Assembly: GCA_963702895.1 (NCBI GenBank)
Contig: OY969767.1
Location: 1,504,001-1,568,000, forward strand
From: an uncultured Elusimicrobia bacterium
Lineage (GTDB): Bacteria > Elusimicrobiota > Elusimicrobia > 2-01-FULL-59-12
DNA length: 64,000 nt
Direction: 5' to 3'
Position numbers and translations under genes: made by a program. A model generated the notes under the pieces. It ran no database searches. It had not been told where the DNA came from and saw only the letters and a list, made by a program, of their open reading frames with translations. Of the stretch, positions 50,272 through 59,675 are shown piece after piece. The stretch's first letter is position 1. The number at the start of each line of letters is the position of its first letter.

Positions 50272-50586
50272 ATGACCATGCAAGCCAACGAGCTGGTTCA
50301 AAGAATAAAATCGGGCCGCGCGCCCATCATCGTCGACGCACGCGGTGCGAACGAATACAAGATCGGCCACGTGCCGGGCGCCATCCGCGCGTCGGTTGTG
50401 AATATTTTGATGAAGAAAGTGAAATTCCCTGACGATAAAAACGTGGAAATGGTGGTTTACTGCATGCGCGGGGGGCGCGCCAGGATCGCCAGGGCGCTTC
50501 TGGCCCGGCAGGGGTTTTGCCGTCTTGATCTTCTTCAGGGAGATTGGCAGGAGTGGGTCAAGGCTGGCCTGCCTGTTGAAAAGTGA
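50272..50586 (+). CDS. Single-domain rhodanese
   Basis: VDAR..EY..GHVPGA, YCMRGGRA, WVKAGLP. Confidence 0.88.
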   Translation: MTMQANELVQRIKSGRAPIIVDARGANEYKIGHVPGAIRASVVNILMKKVKFPDDKNVEMVVYCMRGGRARIARALLARQGFCRLDLLQGDWQEWVKAGLPVEK

Positions 50587-51020
50587 AAGTGAGCCAATTC
50601 ATGGGCGACAATAAGCCACGCAATAACTTTGCGAAGTTCCTGATTCCCGCCGTGCTTATTCTTGTGACAGCCGCCTGTTCCTCGCCGCCGAAGGAAAAAG
50701 AATGGAATCCGCAACAAGCTCGCGCCCAATGGGAAAAGGAAGTGCACAAACGCATTAAAGATCCAAAACGGGCAGCGATCGTGACCGAACTCGCGGTGCA
50801 GCTTGAGCTTAAAAATCGGAACCTCACTCATTTACTGGGTCAGTTTAGCCAAGAGATGCTGGCCATTAACCGAAATTACGACTCAACGAGGGAAGACTAT
50901 GAGCAGGCATTCAGAAGTTTCACGGACAAGAAAAATGAAGCCCTAAAACAATTCCTCGATGCGGTTTTTGCCATGAGAATGCAGACGACTCCCGAAGAAT
51001 GGAAGCGCCTGCTGAACTAA
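50583..51020 (+). CDS. Helical lipoprotein
   Basis: Lipobox TAAC; C-terminal TTPEEW motif; coupled to the upstream stop. Confidence 0.75.
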   Translation: MKVSQFMGDNKPRNNFAKFLIPAVLILVTAACSSPPKEKEWNPQQARAQWEKEVHKRIKDPKRAAIVTELAVQLELKNRNLTHLLGQFSQEMLAINRNYDSTREDYEQAFRSFTDKKNEALKQFLDAVFAMRMQTTPEEWKRLLN

Positions 51021-51036
51021 GGGAAAGGAGATCAAC

Positions 51037-51453
51037 ATGATTTGGGCTCTGTTGGCCGTATTTCTATTGATATGTTTGGGCGGTTCTTCAGACCAGGCAT
51101 TCAATCCCTGGGTCCTCAAAGGGGCCAAGAGCCAATTCAAATCAGTCATTCGAGATAAAGAACGACGGCGTCAAGCCATGGATGTGTTCCAGGAGATGAT
51201 TGTTGACGCGAAAGGATTTATAAAAGATCTCAAGCGGACCGAAAAAGAGATAAGAAAACTGGCGGAGGATTATGGGTCCACCCGAGCAGAATTCGAGCGC
51301 ATTTTCGCGGATGTCCAGGCGAAACGCGAGGCAGCGGCTGGGAAGATCATCGAACGGATTCCGGAATTAAAGAAGAACATCTCGCGGGAAGAATGGACGA
51401 AGGCCTTTGCCGATCATGACGCAAAGTCCAGAAAGGCGTCGCAGGGGTCGTGA
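51037..51453 (+). CDS. Membrane-anchored helical protein, paralogue of the preceding gene
   Basis: N-terminal hydrophobic segment; YGSTRAEF and ISREEW echo YDSTREDY and TTPEEW. Confidence 0.75.
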   Translation: MIWALLAVFLLICLGGSSDQAFNPWVLKGAKSQFKSVIRDKERRRQAMDVFQEMIVDAKGFIKDLKRTEKEIRKLAEDYGSTRAEFERIFADVQAKREAAAGKIIERIPELKKNISREEWTKAFADHDAKSRKASQGS

Positions 51454-52232
51454 CTCAGAATAGCCTGAGTATGTTGGGGACACTCGCTGTAGCGCTTCTG
51501 TTCGCCGTCATCTTTCTGTTCGGAGGGCGGTTGGCGTACCGCCCGGGTCAAAAAGGACGCCGGAGATTCCTCTCCTTTGCGGCCGGCATATCGGTGTCCT
51601 ATACGTTCGTGCACGTGCTGCCCACGCTGCAAGCGATCCGGGAGTTCCAACGACAGTCCGCCGGTGATTTCAATATGATGTTTCCTGAACATAACGTTTA
51701 TCTGTGGACTCTGGTCGGCTTCCTGGTTTTTTACGGACTCGAGAACTTGGCGGCTTCTACACGACAGGAACCGGAGAATCACGGCCGCCGCATCGACACA
51801 GCGACCCCATGGCAAGCGTGGATGCATATGGGAGGGTTCGCGTTGTACACTGGAGTCCTCACGCACATGATGGTCTGGACCGGCAAAACCTCATTGGCTT
51901 TATGTCTCTTCGCCGTGGCCATGGGTATGCACCTGTTCACGATCACTTGTAGCCTCAGCAGCCATTATCCGCTCACCTACGAGCGCCGCGGTGCTTATCT
52001 CTTGGCGCTGGCCTCTCTGGCGGGTTGGGCGTCTGCCGTGACGTTGAATATTCCCATCCCGATTCTGTTGAGCTTGGTGGCGTTCGTGATTGGAGGCATC
52101 GTCGTCAATACGGCCATCGCCGAATTGCCCAGGGACAGAGAGGGTCGGTACTGGTCTTTTTTGGCGGGCGCAGCGACTTATACGGCGCTCCTTCTGATCT
52201 TGTTTCACTTCGAACAAGGGAATCAAACCTGA
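51450..52232 (+). CDS. Multi-pass membrane protein, ZIP-like
   Basis: LSFAAGISVSYTFVHVLP, AMGMH, ELP motifs; about 8 TM helices. Confidence 0.7.
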   Translation: MTQNSLSMLGTLAVALLFAVIFLFGGRLAYRPGQKGRRRFLSFAAGISVSYTFVHVLPTLQAIREFQRQSAGDFNMMFPEHNVYLWTLVGFLVFYGLENLAASTRQEPENHGRRIDTATPWQAWMHMGGFALYTGVLTHMMVWTGKTSLALCLFAVAMGMHLFTITCSLSSHYPLTYERRGAYLLALASLAGWASAVTLNIPIPILLSLVAFVIGGIVVNTAIAELPRDREGRYWSFLAGAATYTALLLILFHFEQGNQT

Positions 52233-52249
52233 CAAAGAGAGGCTGAGCC

Positions 52250-52681
52250 ATGTTGACAGAAATCATCCGAGACGTCTTTTCACGGGGGGCCGATCAATTG
52301 GCCGGTCGGATAAGCGGCCCGTTTCATCTGAGACTCATTATTACGCCGGTCATCGTCTCCTTATTTGCCATCCGTGCCGGGTTTGTTGACGGTCGAAGCG
52401 AAAAGCCGTCCTTTTTTTTTGGTCCTTTAGTGGACCCTGTGCAGCGCCGGGAGCGGATGCGGAAAGGCTGGACGGCGATCAAGCGTGTCATCATCGGGGC
52501 CTTCCTGATCGATATGCTGTATCAGTTCTACGCCTTCAGGGCCTTTTACGTATTTCAGACTGTCCTTCTTGTGGTGGTCCTGGCCATCGTCCCGTACAGT
52601 TTGGTTCGCGGCCTGGTCACGCGCGTCACAGCGTTTGTTTATAGAAAACATCCTATCTCAGATGGGGGTCACAATGGCTGA
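52250..52681 (+). CDS. Small membrane protein
   Basis: GRISGPFHLR, 3 hydrophobic segments, PYSLVRG. Confidence 0.7.
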   Translation: MLTEIIRDVFSRGADQLAGRISGPFHLRLIITPVIVSLFAIRAGFVDGRSEKPSFFFGPLVDPVQRRERMRKGWTAIKRVIIGAFLIDMLYQFYAFRAFYVFQTVLLVVVLAIVPYSLVRGLVTRVTAFVYRKHPISDGGHNG

Positions 52682-53072
52682 AGAAGCGTCATCCAGCACG
52701 GCACTCGCGGTCGAACGCACGGTCATGGCGGCGGACCGGTCGCTCATGGCCTGGGTACGAACCGGGTTGTCCCTCATCTCGTTTGGGTTCACGATTTATA
52801 AGTTCCTCGAATATGAACGGGCGCAGCTCATCGAAGCGGGAAAAGCGGTCGGGTCAGGGTCTCGCGCGATTGGGCTCATCATGATTGGAATGGGAATCTT
52901 GTCCCTGCTGCTGGGCACTATCGAAAATGTGGTGGTGGTGCATCGCCTCAGAGGACAGTACGACATCAGGCATCCGCGATATTCTCTGGTGATGGCAGGC
53001 GTCATCGCCTTCGTCGGCATCGTGCTGTTCATGGGCATTCTGTTTAAGCTCAAAGGCATCGCGTCCGTTTAG
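52674..53072 (+). CDS. DUF202 (YidH-like) inner-membrane protein
   Basis: ERTVMAADRSLMAWVRTGLSLISFGF; ATG 52674 overlaps the upstream gene. Confidence 0.88.
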   Translation: MAEEASSSTALAVERTVMAADRSLMAWVRTGLSLISFGFTIYKFLEYERAQLIEAGKAVGSGSRAIGLIMIGMGILSLLLGTIENVVVVHRLRGQYDIRHPRYSLVMAGVIAFVGIVLFMGILFKLKGIASV

Positions 53073-53121
53073 CTCAGCCATAGAGTTCACGGTCAACACT
53101 GGACGTATCATCCCGCAGAAG

Positions 53122-53736
53122 GTGGGCATGGGAATGAAGACAATCGTGAGAGTCGCCTTATGGAGTCTTGCAGCCGCCTCCTTGTGCGGCGCCAAGGCCG
53201 CATTGAGGGCGGAGCCGTCGGCGAGCATTCCCAAGCCATCGCTGACCGAAAATAACAAGAAACTCACCCATCCCGCGAGTGAGCTTTCCGAAGTTGACCA
53301 CGCAACGGGGCTTGGGGATACGATGTTCATGGAACTCGTCTCGCCCGGTCCAAATCTCGTCGGCAATGGGTTGCTCGGCGCCGGCTCATCATTTGTTTTT
53401 CCGATGGCCACCTCCGCCAACAGTAGGCAAGGCTCGTGGCAAGTCGGGCCGACTGAGACGACCGGTTCCCCCTCGAAGAAATGGATCCTGGGCGGCCTTG
53501 TTCAGAACTGCTCGTCCTTCGGAGAATCGTTCGAGCAGGAGGATCACCCGACAGACTTTCAGCCTTTCGCGACCTACTTCTTCGGGAATAGCTGGGGAAT
53601 CGGATATTTTGGCAATATCCTCGGTATCCTTGCGAATTGGAACGTCGAATCAGCGGGCGATATCTGGACGGTCCCGACCGGCGTGATGATCTCAAAAAGC
53701 TTCGAAATCCGGAGGACTTCCGGTAACATGCGATGA
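53122..53736 (+). pseudogene. Degenerate outer-membrane barrel protein (so-called neuromedin-U-like family)
   Basis: Signal peptide, KKLTHP, TGLGD, FVFPMAT, WQVGP, WTVP motifs; looks internally deleted and lacks the final strands. Confidence 0.5.
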
Positions 53737-53840
53737 AGGAGCCTCGATGCTACCAGACGAAGCCGGCCGGACCCATTCAAACACCAGACGAAATAACTTT
53801 AAACGCCGTTCATAGTTCACTCAAACATCGGAGGTCTCAA

Positions 53841-55100
53841 ATGAAAACCATGTCAAGCCGCGTCATGTTACATATTCTTGCGTTGCTGATCAGCGCGCCA
53901 TGCGTTTGGGCCGGTGGAATCGGGCTCTATGAAATGGGCGCTCCCGATACCGGGTCTGCCGGAGCAGGCCGCGCAGCTCTGGCCCAGGATGCCTCCACGG
54001 CGTTCATGAATCCTGCCGGTATGTCGCGTCTTGACGGATCGGCCGTGATGGTGGGAATGGAAGCCTTGGTCATTACCACCAAATTTGAGCCTGGTGAGGG
54101 AACCACGACCACAGGCAGTAACGGCGGCAATGCCGGAACCGTCATGCCGGTGGCCTCGGTTTTTTACAGCCAGAAGGTGAATGACAAAGTAAACCTTGGA
54201 GTGACCCTGGGATCCTATGCTGGGTTGGGCATCGAATATCGAAGTGACTGGGTCGGCCGCTACTACGTTCAGAAAGCATCCCTGATCACCTTCGCCTTGA
54301 ATCCCGTCCTTTCCTATCAGATCGATTCCAAGTGGTCCGTCGGGGCCGGCTTCACGACAATGCTTGGCATGATGGACCTTCGCGCCGCAGTCAATAACGG
54401 CGCCGAAGGGGATGGAACGATCCAATTCAAAGACCAAACCGTCGGGTTCGGGGGCAATGCCGGCGTGCTTTTTGAGCCGAGCGCGGTGACTCGCCTGGGA
54501 CTTACTTACCGCTCTAGCGTCGATCTTCCCTTCGAAAATATCGTGTCCCTCTCAGGACTCCAATTTCCCTTGAGTTCCGTGCAGGAACGTCTGGCCGGTT
54601 CTGAGTTGGACACCAAGATCACGATCCCACAGGAGTTCATGTTGAGCGGCTATCAACAGTTGACTGAGAAAGTGGCGCTTCTTGCCAATGTTGGCTGGCA
54701 GGAGTGGAGCGCCTTTGGACAAGTGGATGTGACCGTCAGCCGCAACGACCAACGCGAGGCCACGACGGACATCGATTGGCAGGACACCTGGCACGGGGCG
54801 CTTGGGACGCAGATCCGGCTCGCGGAGAAGGTCGTGGGTTCCTTGGGCATTGCCTATGACACATCCGCCGTCAAGGATGAAAGCCGCACGCCGGCCATGC
54901 CGATCGACGACACCTGGCGATATGGCACCGGTGTGCAATGGTTCGTCGCGCCCAATGCGACCTTGGGCGCTACGTATGAATTTATCGATGGCGGAAAGGC
55001 GCCGATCAATCAAACGCGAGAATTGGCGGGAACGCTTCAAGGGGACTACGGCTCCAACTTCATCAATGTCGTGAGTATCAATCTGAACGTGAAATTCTAG
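53841..55100 (+). CDS. fadL: OmpP1/FadL-family outer-membrane transporter
   Basis: Signal peptide, AQDASTAFMNPAGM hatch motif, W.DTW, C-terminal Phe; GGAGG RBS before ATG 53841. Confidence 0.88.
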   Translation: MKTMSSRVMLHILALLISAPCVWAGGIGLYEMGAPDTGSAGAGRAALAQDASTAFMNPAGMSRLDGSAVMVGMEALVITTKFEPGEGTTTTGSNGGNAGTVMPVASVFYSQKVNDKVNLGVTLGSYAGLGIEYRSDWVGRYYVQKASLITFALNPVLSYQIDSKWSVGAGFTTMLGMMDLRAAVNNGAEGDGTIQFKDQTVGFGGNAGVLFEPSAVTRLGLTYRSSVDLPFENIVSLSGLQFPLSSVQERLAGSELDTKITIPQEFMLSGYQQLTEKVALLANVGWQEWSAFGQVDVTVSRNDQREATTDIDWQDTWHGALGTQIRLAEKVVGSLGIAYDTSAVKDESRTPAMPIDDTWRYGTGVQWFVAPNATLGATYEFIDGGKAPINQTRELAGTLQGDYGSNFINVVSINLNVKF

Positions 55101-55154
55101 GACTGCTCTCAAACACGATGGCGCGCACGCCCGCGACCCAATAGGAGATCCTCG

Positions 55155-57884
55155 GTGAACGAAGAGCAATCTCGTCTCGAAGAAGCTCGGACCAAGAAAG
55201 TCCCCTGGAAAAAGTGGGGGCCTTACCTGAGTGAACGCCAGTGGGGGACCGTCCGTGAGGATTACAGCGAAAGCGGTGACGCTTGGACCTATTTTCCCCA
55301 TGATCACGCCCGCTCGCGCGCTTACCAATGGGGCGAAGACGGGCTTGCCGGCATCAGTGACGACAAGCAGCAGCTATGTTTCGCGCTCGGCCTTTGGAAC
55401 GGAAAAGACCCGATTCTCAAAGAACGACTCTTTGGCCTCACCGGCCCTGAAGGCAATCACGGTGAAGACGTCAAGGAGTATTACTTTTATCTGGACTCCA
55501 CCCCCACCCACTCCTACATGAAGTATCTCTACAAATATCCACAAGCGGCCTTCCCATACGACCACCTGGTGGCCACCAACCGTGAACGCGGCCGGGGCAA
55601 GCCGGAGTATGAACTCTTAGACACCGGCCTTTTTGATCAGGATGCGTATTTTGATGTATTCGTCGAGTATGCTAAAGATTCGCCTGAAGACCTGCTCATT
55701 CAAATCACGATCCATAACCGGGCCCTGAATCCCGCGACATTGCATCTGTTGCCTACTCTCTGGTTCCGGAACGACTGGTCGTGGGGCGAGAAGGTCGCCC
55801 GCCCAAGTCTTCGACAGATCTCTCAGGACAAATCAGGCGGTATCGTCGTGCTCTCGCACCGGGACTTGGGAGAGCGCCTCTTTTACGCGGATGGCTGCTC
55901 GGAACTTCTCTTCACCGAAAATGAGACCAATACGCACCGCCTGGTCGGCACTCCCAACTTGTCCCCGTTTGTGAAAGACGGTATCGAGAACTACATCGTT
56001 CACGGCGAAAAAGGAGCGGTCAACCCGGAAAAGAAGGGAACAAAAGTCGCCGCCCACTATTCCATCGCCCTTAGCGCCGGAGAATCTCGTGTGATACGCC
56101 TGAGACTGACCGATCAGTTGGCGAAGGACCCCGCCAAAACCCTCTCAGAACAGTTCGGGAAATCCTATGCATCTGTTTTTCAAGCCAGGCTCAAAGAAGC
56201 TGACGAGTTTTATGCGGGCGTGATTCCGGCATCCTTGGATCCTGACAAGACCCTGGTGATGAGGCAGGCGCTTGCCGGCATGCTCTGGTCCAAACAGTTC
56301 TTTTTCTATGACGTCGGCAAGTGGCTCAAGCAGCATGGCCTTAAGCCCCTCAAATCGAATCAGCGGCCCATCCGTAACGACCACTGGGGCCACATGAAGA
56401 CGATGGACGTCATTTCCATGCCGGATAAGTGGGAGTATCCCTGGTTTGCCGCCTGGGACCTTGCGTTTCATGTGACCGCGCTTGCGCTCGTCGACAAGGA
56501 TTTCGGCAAAGAGCAGCTGGAGCTCATGCTCAAGGCCCGCTACCAGCATCCGTGCGGACAGATCCCGGCGTATGAATGGAACTTTGCTGATGTAAATCCC
56601 CCGGTTCACGCCTGGTCCACGATCTTCACGTACCTGCGGGATAAGTCTGGCCGGAACAAAGGCGATCTGGCCTGGTTGGAGCGTTCATTTCACAAGCTCT
56701 TGTTCAACTTCAATTGGTGGGTGAACCGCAAAGACCGGGCCGGAAACAATGCGTTCGAAGGTGGATTCCTCGGATTGGATAATATTGGGGTCTTCGATCG
56801 CTCATCGGCCTTGCCGACCGGAGGCCACCTGGAGCAGGCCGACGGCACTGCCTGGATGGCGCTTTTTTGCCAAAATATGGTCGAGATCAGCGCGGAGCTG
56901 GCACTCGACAACCCGGTCTACATCCATCTCCTGACTAAATTCGTTGAGCACTTTCTCCTGATCGCCTCAGGAATGATTCGGCCCCCCGAGGAGTTCGGCA
57001 TGTGGGACGAGCACGACGGGTTCTTCTACGACGTGCTCAAGCTTCCGGATGGCCGTGCGGAGCGCCTCAAAGTGCGTTCCATGGTGGGCCTCTTGCCGAT
57101 GTGCGCGGTGACCATCTTTGAAAAGGATCTGCGGGAGAAATATCCCGAGGTGCGCTCCCGCTTGATGGACTATCTGAAGGGCTGCCCTGAATTGACCGCG
57201 TTCATCCACGATCCGAGGAAGCTGGGATGCCGTGACCGGGCGCTGGGGTCCATTCTGAACGAAACCAACCTGCGGCGGGTGCTCGCGATCATGCTCGATG
57301 AGAAAGAATTCTTAAGCGACTACGGCATCCGGGCGATCTCCCGCGTTCACAAGGACCATCCCTATGTCTACCGCGTGGGAGATCAGCAGCATCAGGTCTC
57401 GTATCTCCCTGGAGAGTCGGACAACGCCATGTTCGGCGGCAACTCGAACTGGCGGGGTCCCATTTGGATGCCGGTTAATATTCTCATCCTGCGGGCGCTC
57501 CTGCAGTACTACCTGTATTACGGAGATTCTTTCAAAATCGAATGCCCGACAGGCTCCGGGAAGCACATGACCCTCTTTGATGTCGCCAAAGAGATCGGAC
57601 GTCGATTGACGAGCATTTTCCTGGTGGATGAGAAGGGGCACCGCCCGGTGCACGGAGACTCCAAGAAATTCCAAGAGGATCCCTTCTGGAAAGATCTCCC
57701 CCTGTTTTATGAATACTTCCATGGGGACAGCGGCCGCGGCGTCGGTGCCAGTCATCAGACCGGATGGACCGGTGTCATCGCGGTCGTCATGCATCTCTTT
57801 GAGGTCCTCAACACGGACCAGTTCCTCGAACAGAGTAAAGCGGACGCGATGGCAAAGACGTCAGCGCCGGTTCAGGAAAAATAA
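55155..57884 (+). CDS. GH63/MGH1-like glucosidase, copy 2
   Basis: Same motifs as 7611-10325, colinear along its length; 909 aa. Confidence 0.9.
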   Translation: MNEEQSRLEEARTKKVPWKKWGPYLSERQWGTVREDYSESGDAWTYFPHDHARSRAYQWGEDGLAGISDDKQQLCFALGLWNGKDPILKERLFGLTGPEGNHGEDVKEYYFYLDSTPTHSYMKYLYKYPQAAFPYDHLVATNRERGRGKPEYELLDTGLFDQDAYFDVFVEYAKDSPEDLLIQITIHNRALNPATLHLLPTLWFRNDWSWGEKVARPSLRQISQDKSGGIVVLSHRDLGERLFYADGCSELLFTENETNTHRLVGTPNLSPFVKDGIENYIVHGEKGAVNPEKKGTKVAAHYSIALSAGESRVIRLRLTDQLAKDPAKTLSEQFGKSYASVFQARLKEADEFYAGVIPASLDPDKTLVMRQALAGMLWSKQFFFYDVGKWLKQHGLKPLKSNQRPIRNDHWGHMKTMDVISMPDKWEYPWFAAWDLAFHVTALALVDKDFGKEQLELMLKARYQHPCGQIPAYEWNFADVNPPVHAWSTIFTYLRDKSGRNKGDLAWLERSFHKLLFNFNWWVNRKDRAGNNAFEGGFLGLDNIGVFDRSSALPTGGHLEQADGTAWMALFCQNMVEISAELALDNPVYIHLLTKFVEHFLLIASGMIRPPEEFGMWDEHDGFFYDVLKLPDGRAERLKVRSMVGLLPMCAVTIFEKDLREKYPEVRSRLMDYLKGCPELTAFIHDPRKLGCRDRALGSILNETNLRRVLAIMLDEKEFLSDYGIRAISRVHKDHPYVYRVGDQQHQVSYLPGESDNAMFGGNSNWRGPIWMPVNILILRALLQYYLYYGDSFKIECPTGSGKHMTLFDVAKEIGRRLTSIFLVDEKGHRPVHGDSKKFQEDPFWKDLPLFYEYFHGDSGRGVGASHQTGWTGVIAVVMHLFEVLNTDQFLEQSKADAMAKTSAPVQEK

Positions 57885-57889
57885 CGCGG

Positions 57890-58112
57890 ATGTCTTATCC
57901 TTTGCTCTATCAAATGAACACGCGCGTCTGGTTGACGGAACTCTCCCAGCACTTGGGGCGACTCGCGACCTTCGATGACGTGCCCGAGACCGCCCTGAAT
58001 CACTGGCAGGCGCTGGGGTTTGATTGGATTTGAAGGACTCTTTCTCGATCTTCCGCCATGGGGATTTCACGTTTTTGATTTCTCAATCTTAAGAAAAGAG
58101 GTGGCCCGATGA
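57890..58112 (+). pseudogene. Alpha-amylase (GH13-like) gene collapsed by a large internal deletion
   Basis: MSYPLLYQMNTRVWLTELS...GFDWI* (57890-58033) abuts, in another frame, EGLFLDLPPWGFHVFDF...* (58032-58112), the N- and C-terminal signatures of this family. Confidence 0.8.
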
Positions 58113-59158
58113 AAGCCATTACCGTTGAACCGAAAAAGGTTGGAACCGCGATGCTTGAGGAGATCCCAGAACCCGACATCCTCGAAGGATCCGTTCTGGT
58201 GGAGGCGGTCGCGGTCGGTGTGTGCGGGACCGATGTCGAGATCGTCGAAGGAAAATATGGCTGGGCGCCTCCAGGAAAATCGCGGCTGATTCTTGGCCAT
58301 GAATCCCTAGGACGAGTCGTTGACCCCGGGCCGAGGAGTGGACTCAAAAAAGGGGACCTTGTGGTCGGCATCGTGCGTCGGCCAGACCCCGTACCCTGCC
58401 CGAATTGCGCCATTGGCGAGTGGGACATGTGCCGGAACGGCCAGTACACCGAGCGCGGCATCAAAGAGATTCATGGCTTTCTGTCGGAGCGATGGCGGAT
58501 CGAACCCGAATACACGATCAAAATTGATCCCACGCTCGGGCTCTTGGGTGTCTTGCTGGAACCGACCACCGTCGTCGCGAAGGCCTTGGAACACACCACC
58601 GCCATCGGAAATCGCACCTTTTGGCAACCGCGCACGGTGTTGGTCACCGGCGCGGGGCCCATTGGACTGCTGGCAGCCATGATTGCGACTCAGCGCGGCC
58701 ACGAGGTCCACGTTCTAGACCGCGCCACGTCCGGGCCGAAGCCCGATTTGGTGAAGGCGTTGGGCGCGACCTATCACAACACGCGCGTCAGCGAGGTTGG
58801 GTTTGAGCCCGATGTCATCGTCGAATGCACAGGTGTGGCTTCCCTCGTCAGGGAGTCCATTCAAAGCATAGGAACCGGCGGCGTTGTCTGTCTCACCGGC
58901 GTGGGTAGCGGCGCGATAGCGGGCGCAGCGCCTGTGGGTGATGTGGCGGCAGCGGTGGTACTCAAAAACAACGTGATCGTGGGAAGCGTGAATGCCAACA
59001 AGCGTCACTGGTACAAAGCCGGCGAATTCTTGGCACGGGCGGACCGGTCGTGGCTTGCCAAACTTATCACCCGTGTGGAAAAGCCGGAGAATTTCAAGCA
59101 AGCGCTGGACCGTAAGCCGGACGACGTCAAAGTCGTGATTCAGTTTTCAAAGGTATAA
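58109..59158 (+). CDS. gdh: Zn-dependent glucose 1-dehydrogenase (MDR family)
   Basis: GVCGTD, GHESLG, VRRPDPVPCPNC...C, ERGI, LEPTTV, GAGPIG, GSVNAN. Confidence 0.9.
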   Translation: MKAITVEPKKVGTAMLEEIPEPDILEGSVLVEAVAVGVCGTDVEIVEGKYGWAPPGKSRLILGHESLGRVVDPGPRSGLKKGDLVVGIVRRPDPVPCPNCAIGEWDMCRNGQYTERGIKEIHGFLSERWRIEPEYTIKIDPTLGLLGVLLEPTTVVAKALEHTTAIGNRTFWQPRTVLVTGAGPIGLLAAMIATQRGHEVHVLDRATSGPKPDLVKALGATYHNTRVSEVGFEPDVIVECTGVASLVRESIQSIGTGGVVCLTGVGSGAIAGAAPVGDVAAAVVLKNNVIVGSVNANKRHWYKAGEFLARADRSWLAKLITRVEKPENFKQALDRKPDDVKVVIQFSKV

Positions 59159-59177
59159 TCTGCGACCAGAGTCTAAA

Positions 59178-59675
59178 GTGAAAGATTCCTCATTTACTCA
59201 GGAGGTCCGTGTGAGCGCTTCAGTCGAACAAACGTTGTTTGCGCAGAAACAGGCCATGGCGAGCGGCAAGAAGGTCTTGCACGGGAAGGCCTCCGGTCGC
59301 GTCTTACGGTGGTTCGATGCGATCCGGTCCTATGGCCCGCCGCGTGTCGCCCTGGAGCGGGCGGTGTGCTTCACGGAATCCTTCAAGGCCACCGAAGGCC
59401 AGCCGCTCGTGCTGCGCTGGGCCAAAGCCCTGCAGAACATTGCAGAAAAGATGTCCGTCGCCGTCTTTGACGATGAGCTGATCGTGGGCCGGCCCTGCAC
59501 CTGGTTCGGACGGTACTCGCTGGTGTACCCGGAGCTCGACGGCACGATCATCCAAGAGGGAGCGAAAGCTTTCATTGAGGCAAAAAAGGCCGGAGCCCCG
59601 GATGCCGTTACCGTAACCGACGAAGACAAGAAGATCATTGATGAGGCGTTCGGTCGGAGGAGAAACGCCGCATGA
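59178..59675 (+). pseudogene. N-terminal fragment of a glycyl-radical enzyme
   Basis: ERAVCFTESFKATEGQPLVLRWAKAL...DELIVGR...YPELDG; only 165 aa, no Cys or Gly loop, no activase nearby. Confidence 0.85.

Noticed and set aside
58031..58033. TGA as selenocysteine or programmed frameshift
   Set aside because: The downstream sequence matches the far C-terminus of the family, so a deletion explains it.
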